Shown here: positions 36,622-51,189 of the stretch, in pieces
How positions within the stretch are numbered: position 1 is the stretch's first letter
Layout: every line of letters begins with the position of its first letter
Assembly (NCBI RefSeq): GCF_006345805.1
Contig: NC_043003.1
Coordinates: 7,564,001-7,628,000, forward strand
Direction of reading: 5' to 3'
Length of the DNA: 64,000 bases
Source: Octopus sinensis
Lineage: Eukaryota
Position numbers and translations under genes: made by a program
Notes under the pieces: generated by a model
Told to the model about the DNA's origin: nothing
Databases searched by the model: none
What the model saw: the letters and a program-made list of their open reading frames with translations, nothing else

Positions 36622-36745
36622 GTCATCGTCATCATCATCATCATCATCGTCATCGTCATCATCATCATCCTCGTCGTCGTCGTCATCATCATCATCATCA
36701 TCGTCGTCGTCGTCGTCGTCATCATCATCATCATCAGCAGCAGCA
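36340..36745. repeat. Compound trinucleotide array (TAG)n-(CAC)n-(CAT/CGT)n
   Basis: Direct reading; similar blocks at 38036-38130, 38305-38495, 45410-45750, 53000-53240, 61730-61915. Confidence 0.9.
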
Positions 36746-36970
36746 ACACAGTAAGAGTGGTCTTATTTTATATTAGTATTGAAACCGTGTCAAAAATGAT
36801 CCTCGGGGAGTTGTTGTTTTGTGATGGACGCTTTTAGTTTTTTATTTTTATTTTAGTTTTTATTTTTAGATTTATTTATTTATTCTTGCTAAGCCTGGAT
36901 TCTGAATTTATTTATTCATACTGCGTAAATATTCCGAATTCAATAGATACGTGAGGATGTGCGTCGATGT

Positions 36971-37009
<39 letters not shown>

Positions 37010-37237
37010 GTGTGTGTATGCGTGCGTGCGTGCGTGTGTGCATGTGTACACACACACATATATATATATACACACATACATACATATATATACGCATATA
37101 TGCAAATACATGCATACATACACACACATTTATACATATATGTACATGCACACACACACACACACACACGCACATATATATATATACACACATATGTATA
37201 TGCATATATATATATATATTCATATGTATACATATAT

Positions 37238-37326
<89 letters not shown>

Positions 37327-39734
37327 TAGGCGCAGGAGTGGCTGTGTGGTAAGTAGCTTGCTTACCAACCACATGGTTCCGGGTTCAGTCCCACTGCGTG
37401 GCGCCTTCGGCAATTGTCTTCTACTATAGCCTTGTAAATGGATTTGGTAGACAGAAACTGAAAGAAGCCCGCGCGTATATATGTATATATATGTGTGTGT
37501 ATATGTTTGTGTGTCTGTGTTTGTCCTCCCAACATCACTTGATAACCGATGCTGGTGTGTTTACGTCCCCGTAACTTAGCGGTTTGGCAAAAGAGACCGA
37601 TAGAAGGCTTACAAAGTAGTAGGCTTAGAAAGAATAAGTCCTGGGGTCGATTTGTTCGACTAAAGGCGGTGCTCCAGCATGGCCAAAATCAAATGACTGA
37701 AACAAGTAAAAGAGTATATACATATACATATGCAAGTGTGTGTAGGTGTATGTGTTTGTGTGTGTGTGCGTGCGTGCGTTCATACGCGCGCACACGCGTG
37801 TTTGTGTGTGAAAATGTCAGTGGTCGGCGAATAGATATATTTCTATCAGTTTCGGCTCCCACTCGTACTAAATGCAATAGAATACGCGGCGGGTTGGCGG
37901 AGTCGGTAGAGTGTCGGGGAGAATACCCTTGCGCTCTTTGTTTCAACTCTTTCTGTTCAGAGTTCATTTCTCGCCGAAATCAACCTCAATCTTTCAACTT
38001 TCTTTGTGTCGATAAATGAAGTACCAGTCAGTTGCAGGTGCTGCTGCTGCTGCTGCTGTTGTTGTTGTTGTTGTTGTTCTTCTTCTTCTTCTTCTTCTTC
38101 TTCTTCTTTTCTTCTTCTTCTTCTTCGTCTCCTCCTTCTTCTTTTTCTCGATTTCTGTCTGCCTCTCTGCCTGCCTGCACCCCTCCCCCTCTCTCTCTAA
38201 AAACTGGCTACGTTGCAGAACACAGGACTTGAACGGACCGGGGTAGGGATGGGGGGGGGGGGCTCAAAAACTTTCTATACGTGGTTGGCTAAATCTGTAG
38301 GTTGTACACCATCACCACCACCGCTGCCACAACCACCACAACCACCACCACCACCACCACTACCACCAACGCCGCCGCCACCACCACCACCACCACCACC
38401 ATCATCATTATCATCATCATCGTCGTCGTCGTCGCCGCTACCATCGTTTTTGTTATCGTCATCGTCATCATCATCATCATCATCATCATCATCACTTGTC
38501 ACTTACCTGTCTTATCTGTGATGAACGTAACCAATTAATCCTTCTGATTACATCTATCTGTCAATTAGGATGGGAAAAATAAACTTGACTTGTGATAATC
38601 TAATCTTTCACAAAGAAGATGGCGGAGGAGTAGAGAGAAACGCTTACAGCTCCAAGAAGCCGAAGCTGAGGTCGTCGACTCGTTTCACAGAAAGCGAACG
38701 TTATTAACAGTATTTGATATTTTTCTGTTCATTTTACTAAAATTAGTCGTCCCCGTGACATTACAAGTAAAGTATTGGAGAAAAAGAGACATAAGGTAAT
38801 AGTTGGATAAAAAGGCTGTAATTTCTTTAAAGTGCAGCAAAAATTATTAATTATATATATATAAAAAAAGCAACCCAGAATGACATAAATCTTTTGGAAA
38901 GAAATATCCGTATTGTGTAAGTGCTTTCGCTGTTAACAGCTTTTCAAACACACATGTTATGGGTTAATCTGCATAAAAGGAGTTTTTTTTTAGTAGCTGT
39001 GTTTACTATTTACTGTTTTATTTCGGATTCGGAAATATAATAAAGTATTCATCTTTTAGCCTTTCGTAGCTGTAAAGTTTCATCTTTATTCCGAAAATAA
39101 AAAGGAAATATTTGAACTTTTGCATTTGCACAAATGTCTAAATGCTCCCTACATGGAACATTTCGAAGACGAATGTTTGATTTGTTGCTTATGTACCCTA
39201 ACCCGATGTATTAATTTTGATCTGGCTGGGCCGATGTAATCCTCATTGCATTGAAGGCATGTGATGCAGTAAATGAGATATTTTGCTTTGCATTTCATAT
39301 TTGCATTAACCTTGCGCACCCTAACGGACAGCCAACTCTGCTCATGCGTTATCTAACTGTTAACTGGTGGAGTTGTGTTTTCAGTAGTTTCAATATCTTG
39401 TTCCCTGATACCACTCAGCTCTGATGATTATATACCGTTGAACTGTTGACTCTTTGGTTGTCAGCGCTACACCGTTTCGTCTCAAATCACTTCTACTAAT
39501 TTTAATTTCCGTATCAAGCTTCTTATCGGTCAGTCAGCGATCAGTCCCAGTAGCATCTGATATTTTAAATGGAAAGAGTTCACTGCCGGTACCTCGCTCA
39601 TCTTTTTATTCTTTAAAAAAAGGGATGCTGTGAGTTTTTCCTCCGAGACTCTTGTCACAGTACAACATAGACTATCCCGAGAGGAAAAGAGAAAAAAGGG
39701 AAAGAGATAGCTAGATAGACAGAAATATATATAG

Positions 39735-40423
39735 ATCAAAAAGTTAATAGAAGAAATGACAGATGAGTATGTGCAGACCTTTCTGAAGTTTCAAGTGTTA
39801 TGCATACAAAATTTCCTGTAACTGTCATGGTTTTGGGGGATGTCAGTAATGAAGGTCATGTAATGCCTCCTTACTTCTTTCCACAAGGCCTTAGAGTTAA
39901 CTCTGCCGCCTACATTTGAGGTCCTGGAAACAATTGTTAAGCCCTGGATAGACAGTGTATGCAATGGAAGGTCATATGTGCTTCAATAAGACTCTACACT
40001 ATCACACATGACTCTAGTAACACAAGAATGGATGGCTGAAAACTTTCATGATCACACAACCCCTAACATTTGGCCTCCTAATTTCCCAGATCTCAATCCA
40101 TTGGACTATTACAAGTGGAGCGTTTATTGAGAGGGAGAGGTCATTGAACATGCTCATAACATCAAAGATTCTTTGAAAGCTGCCATAGTCAGAGTAATGT
40201 CCAAAATGAACCAGGACCACTTGGATTCGAGCATGTAGATGATTTAGATCTCATATAGAAGCAATTGTTGAAGCTGAAGGTGGCTTTATTGAACAATATT
40301 ATAGAAAAGAAGGTTTATTTTTATCCTCATAGCATTTTTTGATTAATAAGGTTATTATCTGTTATTATATATCTGTTTTTTTATAAGCATAAATTTGTCC
40401 TCAAATATCTTACGCATCCTCTG
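39735..40423 (+). mobile_element. DD37D (maT/mori-type) Tc1/mariner transposon, 3' remnant
   Basis: VMHTKFPVTVMV...YI.VL...VKPW...Q*D, then 37 residues, then D in WPPNFPDLNPLDYY; stops and frameshifts. Confidence 0.8.
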
Positions 40424-40429
40424 TGTGTG

Positions 40430-40465
<36 letters not shown>

Positions 40466-41143
40466 TAGAAAGAGAGAGAGAGAGACAGAGGAGGGGAAAG
40501 AAAGGGAGGAGAGAGAGAAGAGAGAAAATAATTGATTCCAACTGTTCAGTGGTATTTTATTTACCCGAATGAGACGCTCGGGCGCAGCTGTTTGGATGCC
40601 AACAATTTGGCACGGCTGACTGGATATTCACCTTGTTTTGGGAACAGTATGTTTTGGCACTGGAAGAAAACACATACATACATACTTACGGATACGCACA
40701 CACGTGCACACAGAAATATACTCATACATAGCATGAGAGAGGAGAGAGAGAGAGAGAGATAGAGAGAAAAAGAGATGTGGAGAGGGAGGGAGAGAAAGAG
40801 AGCGAAAGAGAGCGAAAGAGAGACAGAGGGTGGGAGAGATATTACAGTTTATCAACTGGACTGACATAAACACTTTCACTCTTCTCATACATGTAGAGAA
40901 ACATGCTCCCAGACATTAACACACACGCACACACACGCACACACGCACACACACACACACACACGCATTTACACATATATACAGAGAGAGAGAGAGAGAG
41001 AATGAGGGAGAGGGAGGGAGGCAGAGAGGGAGAGAGGGAGAGAAAGACTCACTGAAATTTGTCAATTGAACACTCTTGACATACACACTTTCCTTTTCCT
41101 CATACACATAAAGAGAAACACGTTCAGACTCATATACAGAAAG

Positions 41144-41212
<69 letters not shown>

Positions 41213-42152
41213 GAGAGAGCGAGGAGAGGAGAGAGAGAGAGAGCGAGAGATGAGGAAAGAGAGAGAGAGAGAGAGATTGTGAGAAAGAAAGGGTGGAAGC
41301 GAAAGCCAGAAAGAGAGGGCAAGAGAGAGAGAGAGAGAATGAAAGAGAAAAACAAAACAAGAAAAACATGAAAATGTCTGATGTCAAATAAGTCAGCGTC
41401 GAATCAGCGACGCCCAAACATCTCACAGCCCTTATTTTCTGACCTCTGAAAGATAAAATGCAAAGTTGACATTGACAGGATTTGAGCGCCGGAATTTCAA
41501 ATAACGCAAAAATATATCCTATCCATCGTTGCAACGTCTCCGCCACTTCTTTTTCCGCCATTACAGTTTGATTATCGCATATTATTCACAGTCTCCTCTT
41601 CTGCATCGAAATGAATTAAATGTTGAAGTGGTTCGATACCTTAAGGACATGAAACAATTATATACAAATAAAAACATCAGAGAAAAAAACATACACGCAA
41701 AAAAAGAACAACAACGGGAAACCAGATTGAATACTATAATAATAATAATAATAATAGAATTTTCTTTTGAGGGTTTGCAAAGTTTATATGAATAACGAAA
41801 TATAGTAGTTCCCAGAAGGTTTTTTGGTTCTTCATAGGATTATTATTATTATTATTAATTTCATTAGTATCATTGTTAGAATGTCGCTCCTAAGCATCAT
41901 TATTTCTCCGTATCTATCTTATTACATCAGAGGAAGCAAATGAAAGAAGTATATCTGTTCTATATAGAAATAGATAGATAGATAGATATGTCTATGAAAT
42001 CTATATTTAATCTAAGTGAGTTATGGAGATATTACGAATGATTATACTTTAAAGCTTCTGATGTACACCCGAAAAATGTCTGTAAATCGTTACTGAAATT
42101 TATACATACATATCTTCTCAAAATATATGTTTTCTTATAAGAGTATTATATA

Positions 42153-42202
<50 letters not shown>

Positions 42203-42208
<6 letters not shown>

Positions 42209-42366
42209 GTAAAAAGTGAAAAAACTACAGAAGGCTTGTTTTAAAAGGTTAAAAAATATATATTTGAGTCAATATGTCTGAAGAATGTTATAAATTTTTT
42301 TCATACAATATATTTTTTAACCTTTAAAACAAGCCTTCTGTAGTTTTTTCACTTTTTACTATTTTC
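42203..42366. repeat. AT-rich hairpin element with ~60-bp inverted arms
   Basis: AGTAAAAAGTGAAAAAACTACAGAAGGCTTGTTTTAAAAGGTTAAAAAATATAT mirrored at ~42308-42360. Confidence 0.8.
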
Positions 42367-42406
42367 TATATATTCAACCACGTGCTTTCACACACCAACT
42401 TTCTCA

Positions 42407-42475
<69 letters not shown>

Positions 42476-44519
42476 ATGTATTACAACCGATAAAAAAGAT
42501 TCAGTGAACTTGCCTTGGTGAGTGCAAAATCTAACGTTTCAGAAAAAATCCTTCTTCAGCGAAAATTGAAAGGGGAGAAATTTCTGGATGCGTTCCGTAT
42601 CAGTTGCAGTAGTTCATTTTTTTTTAAAACTTAGAGGATGTAAAACTCTGCTGTGTCTCTTTAGTTTCTCTCCTTTTAACTGTTCGCTGAAGATTTTGTT
42701 GGAAACGTTGGCTTTTCAACCACCCATAGCTAGCTCACTGAACTCTTTTTATCGATCTTACCATATAAGTCTTCACGACGCAGACCAACACCAGCCTCTT
42801 TAGAGTTTGTTAGATCATATATATATGCATATATGATTGTATAAGTGTATATGTGTTTGTAAAATGCATACATGGGAGCTATAAAAAATGATTCAGTAAT
42901 TATAATACAGCTCTACAAATAGGATATAACGCTGTCTCTAGTTCGATATATATATATACAATATACATTAATAATTCGCATACAGTTTATGAAATATTCA
43001 AATTTGGATTTCTTTTTTTTTGTTATCCATTCGTTCATTTCATTTCATTTTTATATAATTTCATTTTTTTTTAAATAAGAAATTAATTTTCTTTTATTAT
43101 GTCACATCAGTTATTGGAGAAATTAGATCCTCGTGAAGCGAATTTGCAAAGATTTCGATCAGTTCTTTCGATAGAAAAACCAAGTGAAAAAAGAAGAAGG
43201 AAAAAGCAGAACCAGAGAAGGTGGTGTGTTGTCTAAGATGTCAGCCTATTATTTGCTTGTTCTTACTTCTAAGGAATAAAGTGACTACCGTAACGAAGAC
43301 ATGCCCTCAGAGCCTGCGTGATTAACCAGGCAACAATTTTTGAATTCGTCTTGGTGTCCATCCGATATCGCTGCTTCAATATCTTCTTCGTTCACACACG
43401 TTAGTCACGTAAATGAACGAACAAGATGGCTTACTTATATGTTTGTTCTTACTATCTCTATTTTTTTTATTTACTCTTCATTTATTGACGTTTTACCTTT
43501 TATTTATTGACGTCATTGGAATGCGGCCATGCTGGGGTACCGCCCTGAAGAGAGTTTTGTCGAACAGATCGATCCCAGTACTTATTTTCAAAGCCTGGTT
43601 TCTACTTTATCGGTTTCTTTGCTGAACCGCTGTGTTACGGGGACGTAAACAAACCAGCATCAGTTGTCAAGCAGTGGAGGAGACAAGACACAAACACACT
43701 CACTCACTCACTCACTCACTCACTCACTCACTCACTCGCTCACTCACTCACTCACGCACGCACACACACACACACACACACACGACGGGCTTCCAAACAG
43801 TTTCCGACTACCAAATTCACTCCCAAGGAATCTGTCGTCCTGGGGTTATAGCAGAAGACGCCCACGGTGCCGCGTAGTGGAACCGAACCCAAAACCGCGT
43901 AGTCGCAAAGTGAGCTTCTCCACTCCACCGCCATGCCTGTGCCTCTTACTATAGAATAAGCTAATTAGTACATCTAGTAATTACACATTAAGATAGTTGC
44001 TAGTCAGGCAATCAATGCCATTGGCTTCTACATGGTACACATCAATTCTGACGTTTCTGCTGAAACTTCTCGTCCACTCACAAACAAAATGAATGTGCAT
44101 ATGTATGTGGGTTTGTCTACATATGTGAATGCTTGTACACGTTTGTATGTGTGTGTTGTACGTCAGCTACTGCTGCTCTTGGTCGTTATATGATACACAT
44201 GTCGCCACCTACATATGCTCATTGCTTCAATTTGAAATCCTGGACGATGTTCATGACGGCCAAACATTCGCGTCTGATGAGGAACGGCGTGGACAGACGA
44301 CAGTTGTGAACGAAACTCATGTCCATTGTCGACGAATTATGTCTGCTGCTGCTGCCTACTCGCATCTCATTGCATTGCAGCAGCTTCTAACGCAAGATTG
44401 TCTACTCCAAACAATTTGTTATCCATCTTTTATCGACCTCACCATCCTCCTTTTCTCATTGTCGCTCCCAGATGGAGCAATGTTTGGTGCCACCGTAGCT
44501 ACCATCATCATAATCATAA

Positions 44520-44990
44520 CCTATTTCTTTACTACCCACAAGGGGCTAAACATAGAGGGGACAAACAAGGACAGACAAACGGATTAAGTCGATTACATCG
44601 ACCCCAGTGTGTAACTGGTACTTGATTTATCGACCCCGAAAGGCTGAAAGGCAAAGTCGACCTCGGCGGAATTTGAACTCAGAACGTAGCGGCAGACGAA
44701 ATACAGCTACGCATTTCGCCCGGCGTGCTAACGTTTCTGCCAGCTCGCCGCCTTCTTAGTTCTATATTGCTCACGAGGAGCTAAACATAGAAAGGACAAA
44801 CAAGGACAGATAAAGGGATTAAGTCGATTATATCGACCCCCAGTGCGTAACTGGTACTTAATTTATCGACCCCGAAAGGCTGAAAGGCAAAGTCGACCTC
44901 GGCGGAATTTGAACTCAGAACGTAACGGCAGACGAAATACTGCTACGCATTTCGCCCGGCGTGCTAACGTTTCTGCCAGCTCGCCGCCTT
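44520..44990 (-). mobile_element. Tandem head-to-tail pair of family B SINEs
   Basis: Two near-identical ~230-bp copies. Confidence 0.85.
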
Positions 44991-45251
44991 CATCATAATC
45001 ATAACCAACAGCAGACAGTATAACCATCAGATATCATTATTATTACGGCAGCTTCCGTCGTCAGCATCCCCGTCGTCTTGTGTACCGTCAGCGACATAAC
45101 GAACGCCATGATGACTGCTAATCGCCATGACGATTGCCAGCATTAGCTCTCTTGCACTTCTGAGGTTGTAACAAATACTTTTCACTCCTTCCCTCACTCC
45201 CTCACTCCTTCTCTCCCCTCTCTCTTCCTTCTTTACTTCTCTTCTCCCTTT

Positions 45252-45306
<55 letters not shown>

Positions 45307-45547
45307 CTCTCTCTCTCTCTCTCTCCTCTCCTCGTCTTTGTTTCTCAGATATTGTCTTCGCCATCTTTGTTGTCGTTGTTATTACTATTGACGTGATTAT
45401 TGTTATTGTTGTATTGTCATAGATAAAACCGGAAACAGTATTTCATCAGCATTACCATAACCACCACCATCATCATCATCATCATTATCATCATCATTAG
45501 CATAATTATCATCAGAAACATGAATATGGACATAATAAATAATAATA

Positions 45548-45591
<44 letters not shown>

Positions 45592-45958
45592 TAATAATAA
45601 TGATAATAATTCTTATTACTACTGTTACACACCCTCCCTTCTCATTTATTCTCAACATCGTCGTCATCGTCGTCGTCGTCATCGCTGTCGCCGCCATCTT
45701 CTTCATCTGCTTCTTCTCCCACACCTTCCTTCTCTTTATCATCATCGTTTCTATTTCTTATATTAATTTACTTCTATTTCGTACATAAACTGTGTAATTA
45801 CTTGGAGTTATTGTTCTGGTTGTTATTACAGAGGATTTATATTCATCGACTTGTTGATTTATTTGTTTTTGTTTCTCCTTTTTTTTTTAAATAAAATTAT
45901 TCACGTATTTCTCTCCATTTTCTTTTCTTTTTTTTTTTTGTTAATGCAAAGGAATTTA

Positions 45959-46857
45959 CTAAGAGACGAATGGTCTGATCTTTGTGCTGCGTAACTGCTT
46001 TCGCCTTGTGATTAATTCAATCAAGACGAACGAAGCAATCACCACACAAACGGCAAATAAGGCAACAGAAAGGGAGACAATCACCGCCACTATATTGCTA
46101 CTGAGAGATGTGTCGGCAATATGGTGGGCGTCTTTACTTCCTTTCACCGAGAACCGTGACGACATCTTAAAGTTGTCTTCATTTTTAACCAACACCGACT
46201 GTGACGACAACAGCGGGCCCGATTCGTCGGAAACCGACAAAAAGGTTTCGTTACCGCCGTTTAACAGCTGTTCGTTACAGTTCGACTGCTCACTGCTACC
46301 ATTTTCTGACGCATTGCGAGACGTGTTCAATGCTTGACACTGTTTATTCAGGGTTGTTAAACGCATTCCCAGCACACTAAAACTACTTCGGTCGGCGTCG
46401 TAAAGCATTCCATAAGAAGTGTTGATTTTAATATCTAAGATCGAATGGTACGTGCCTTGAAGATTCCCAACGCGTGTAACCGTTACGTTCTCCTGAGTTA
46501 GCTTGTAGACGTGAGTAGCTGTTTCGTTGGTGTAATAGTCAAGTAAAACTTGTGACGATGGTTCGTCTCCGAGTGTTGACGGACTGACAGCGACCAACGA
46601 ACTGGCATTGTGTTGGCTTTTCAGGGAAAAAGCCTGGTAACCTATGTACTGTTCCAACGGTGGCAAGATGAAGTCGTTCTTGTACATAGTCTGTTGGTCA
46701 TACGAACTTACATTCGTGATATACATCACTTGGATCGGTTTAACCGATTTTAACATGATATAGCATTCATTTAGAAAGTCCAACTGAAGCGCATCTGAGT
46801 CTTTGACCATATATGATGCCACTGTGGTTTCCAGGGTAACCGTCACGTTAGTTTCAC
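45959..46857 (-). CDS. Last coding exon of an IgGFc-binding (FCGBP N-terminal-like) domain membrane protein: domain end, N-glycosylated stalk, TM helix, short basic tail
   Basis: TTTTTGCAG acceptor at 46859-58, phase 1; ~300 open codons of complex sequence; KSVKPIQVMY...FILPPLEQY motif; TM IVAVIVSLSVALFAVCVVIASFVLIELIT followed by RRK. Confidence 0.8.
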
Positions 46858-46957
46858 CTGCAAAAATAAAACAAAGTTCATAAATACATAAATAAATTAA
46901 GTAGATAAGGGCTTTTCACATTAACAAGTTTAGATAGCGTATTTATTTGTGAATAAG

Positions 46958-47041
46958 GTGTATTCGCGTATAAGTTGCACTCCAGTTTTTTTCACTTAAA
47001 ATTAAGCAGAAAATAGTGCGACTTATACACGAATAAATACA
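46958..47041. mobile_element. pogo/Tigger-like MITE (short)
   Basis: TGTATTCGCGTATAAGTTGCAC ... GTGCGACTTATACACGAATAAATACA. Confidence 0.6.
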
Positions 47042-47175
47042 ATATATATATTGAAAAGGTTGCAAGGCGCAACGAAAATTTTAGGAAAAGAAAAATAAGG
47101 AAAAAGTGGAAATTTTACCGGTGAGTGTGTTAAATTATAAGGCACAAAAAGAAAATGACTCCCCCAGACACAACA

Positions 47176-47221
<46 letters not shown>

Positions 47222-47236
47222 CTTGAAGAAGCTGTT

Positions 47237-47281
<45 letters not shown>

Positions 47282-47406
47282 AACAAATTGCATAATAAAC
47301 AGGAATATGAGTTATACGCAATTATTTTATTTATTATAGGCTTACACCTGTTTCAGATTTGCGTCTGGGTGCGTTCATGATTTAATCTTATCAATTCGAT
47401 CGATCG

Positions 47407-47476
<70 letters not shown>

Positions 47477-47497
47477 ACAAACACACACACACACACA

Positions 47498-47650
47498 CTG
47501 TATTTACTCGTGTATAAGTCGCACCGTAATTAAATATTAAAATCTTGGCACATAATTTTTTCCCCTCCATGATTTTAGCTTTGCCCCGAGTCGATGTTGC
47601 GCCCCAAAATCAATTATAAAATAATGCAACTTATACATGAACAAATACTG
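47498..47650. mobile_element. pogo/Tigger-like MITE
   Basis: CTGTATTTACTCGTGTATAAGTCGCA ... TGCAACTTATACATGAACAAATACTG|TA. Confidence 0.65.
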
Positions 47651-48096
47651 TAATTCTACATCGCTTGTAATTATAAAAGATACGAGGAGTTTTCGTCAGG
47701 GTGGTTCAAACTAATAGATATGCAGTCTGGGTGTTCAAATTGGCTAGCCACTAAAATTCCTGTCTGAACTGCAGTTGAACTTGTGATTTTGTGATTGCCT
47801 TTCTAAAGCGGCTAGAAGTGACTTCCCCTTGAGCAGGTAGGTATATATTAAAGCAGAAAATAAAAGGCAAACAATTTGGCAAGGCTTGATATGGGCATTT
47901 AATTTAATTCAATTTGATTTAGCTATATAATGAAATGTTTAGATAGTCTCTGACAGTTGTTTCTAGAATATTCTAGCTATTGAAGCATCGTATCGAGATT
48001 CCGTAGGCTGAGCAAACCGTCATCGGAGAGATTTAAGTCAAACGCATGTAACTGTGGAAGAATGTTCCTCATCAGTGATTGTTGTCGTGGTTCATT

Positions 48097-48362
48097 ATGG
48101 GAACCAGACAAAAATTGCTGCAATTCGGCTGGGATGTTACCCCACCCTCCATATTCACTAGATATTGCTCCTTAGGATTTCTACTTATTCAGGTCTCTGC
48201 AGAATAGTCTTAATGGTAAAAATTTCAATTCCTTAGATGACGTAAAAAGATACCTTGATGAATTCTTTGCAATGAAACCACCTCAGTTCTGGGAAGAGGG
48301 TATTTTCAAGGTAAAGGAAAGATGAAGACGTATTGTGCAACAAAATGGTTCATATTTGGTTC
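48097..48362 (+). mobile_element. Mariner 3' fragment, same family as 12722-13969
   Basis: High identity to 13625-13890 (HPPYS.DIAP*DF.LFRSLQNSLNGKNF). Confidence 0.9.
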
Positions 48363-49346
48363 TTTATGTCTAGAAAGGGAGGAGAAATCCAATTAAGTCC
48401 AGTTAAAACCGGATTTAATTGGATTTCACTAGGTAAATCCATGAGCGGAGAGAATGGTTTAATAGTAATCCATAGCGAAGGAAAAAATGCATGCTAGTGA
48501 TTCCAAAAACATCGACATCATGTATATTCGAACATCGTACGTCCATATATATTGAGTGTGTGTGTGTGTGTAGTTGTGGATGGGTGTGGGAGTACTTGTG
48601 TGTGTGTTTACTTCGGTGAGGTAACAACAGTTCACCATTCTCGGGGTGCAATGTTGGCACCCCGAATGTAATCGGCATTCTGTTAGAGCTCTGTATTTAT
48701 TTTTCTCAACGTTCATGTGGGCCCAGGACCCTTGTAGCATTCTAATTCAAAACTGAGAATGTGTAAATGGTGAATCCCTGCAGCGTAGCTAAGGGAACGG
48801 AGCGAGGGGCTGGTCTGCTCTGTGTGAAGCTTTTATGATGGCGGCACTTTTGGGTCTACCGCATAAAGCTCTATAAGTTTGTGGGTTCAGATGGGTGCAT
48901 GTGAGGAAAATAAGGGCGGCTTGGAGCGGCACACACACACACCAGCTGTGCCACTGGTGAGTTCTGGTCGTAGGCGAAACAGAGACGATACTGTTTTGAT
49001 CGGTTCCACAGAAGGCAGATGGATGAAATATGAAGTTGAACTAGGCGGGATTTGAACACACAACCTTAAGAGATGTTTGTGAATAGCTCAAGGTTGTTTT
49101 GTTCGGTGCTCTACAGACCCTACCAATCCTGTCAGTCCATTGCTTTTGCAAGCTCGTGCACGTGTGAGTCTGTGCGTGTGTATGTGCGCGTGTGTGTGCA
49201 CGCGCGTGCGTGTGTGCGTGATCGTGTGTGGGTGGGTGGCGGGGTTGGTGGTGGTGTGTGTGTGTATACAAGTATGTATATATGCACATATATATGCACA
49301 ATGTATATTTATATATAGATATGTGTAAGCGTATATCCCTATATCT

Positions 49347-49386
<40 letters not shown>

Positions 49387-49486
49387 GCACACACACACAC
49401 GCATATATATATGTACACACACACACACACACATATATGGACACACACATGTACATACATTCAAATACATACATACATATATATAT

Positions 49487-49554
<68 letters not shown>

Positions 49555-50014
49555 TGTGTGAAAGAGAGAGAGCGTGAAAGCGAGAGAGAAAAAGAAAGAG
49601 AGATAGAGAGGGAGATATTGAAAGAGAGAGAGAGAGCGAAGAGATATAGATGAGAGCGCTGGATGAGTAAAACTCATTAATCAACAAATTGAATGAATGC
49701 CAGACGACAAATTTTTGCCTTCGCCAGTTGTTGACAGTATTTGCTGACCATTGAGAATATACTTCAACAGTTTCTCATCGTCACGTGGCTTACCGCATAA
49801 CATTATTAACCAATCACAGGTCAGGATATCTTAATGATTTATTTACGACACTCTTTTACGATATTAACTGCCGCATTGTTTTATGGCAATCATCTATATT
49901 TCATACTGACAACAAATGTATGTGTGTATGTGTGTATGTATGTATGCATGTGTGTCTTTGTGAGTGTGTGTCTCTCTCTCTGTATATATATACATATATA
50001 TATATGTATATATA

Positions 50015-50050
<36 letters not shown>

Positions 50051-50248
50051 TGTATGTATGTACGTATGCATGTATGTATGTATGTATGTATGTATTATGT
50101 ATGTATGTGTGTATGTATGTATGTGTGTATGTATGTATGTATGTATGTATGTATGTATGTGTGTATGTATGTATGTATGCAGGCATGTGTGCGTGCGTGT
50201 GCGTGCATGTATGAGTGCCGCTGTGTGTGTGTGTATATATAATATCTG

Positions 50249-50330
<82 letters not shown>

Positions 50331-50343
50331 GTCTGTCTGTCTA

Positions 50344-50384
<41 letters not shown>

Positions 50385-51189
50385 TTTGTTTTACTAACAG
50401 GATTGTGGCCATGCTGGGGCACCGCCTTGAAAGGGGTTTTAGTCGTACAAATTAATCCCAGTATTTAATTTTCTCTTAAAGTCTGGTACTTATTCTATCG
50501 GTGTCTTTTACCGAACCGCTACGTTACAGGGGCGTAAACAGACCAACAGCGGTTGTCAGGAGGTGGTGGTGGGACAAATATAGACACATGCACACGCAGA
50601 GATGCAGGACGGTCTTCCACACAGTTTCCATCTTCCAAATTCATTCACAAAGCATTGCTGTAGCATAAAACACTTGGCCAATGGATTGCTCCTGTACGTG
50701 TTCGAGCCAAGGTATAAGGATAAGACCACTTTTGAAATAGAGGTATATGCGTTAAGCAACCCTATTTATCTTTTGATATAATAATAAAGATTACTTTGGT
50801 GTCTGCGTATTGGCTCACCCATGGCTGTGTGGTTAAAAAACTCGCTTTACAACCACTTGGTTTCGGGTTCAGCCCCACTACATGGAACATTGAGCAAAGG
50901 TTTTCTACCATAGCTCCGGGCCGATTAAATCCTTGGGAGGGAATTTGGAAGACAAAAACTGAGTGGAAGCCAGACGTACGTATATATGTATGCATGTATG
51001 CATGTATGTATGTATGTATGTATGTATGTATGTATGTATGTATGTATGTATGTATGTATGTATGCATGTATGTATGTATGTATGTATGTATGTATGTATG
51101 TATGTATGTATGTATTTATGTATGTATGTATTTATGTATGTATGTATGTATGTATGTATGTATGTATCTTCTATTTTTTTTATTATGAA

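Noticed and set aside
39299-39306. Octamer motif ATTTGCAT in non-repetitive intergenic DNA
   Set aside because: A single 8-mer is expected by chance in 64 kb of AT-rich DNA, and conservation cannot be assessed here.
42265-42306. CTGAAGA in the loop of the 42.2-kb hairpin as a hammerhead core
   Set aside because: No stem II followed by GAAA and no cleavage triplet could be built.
44129-44587. 152-aa plus-strand ORF
   Set aside because: No recognisable family or splice pattern, and it runs into a SINE tail.
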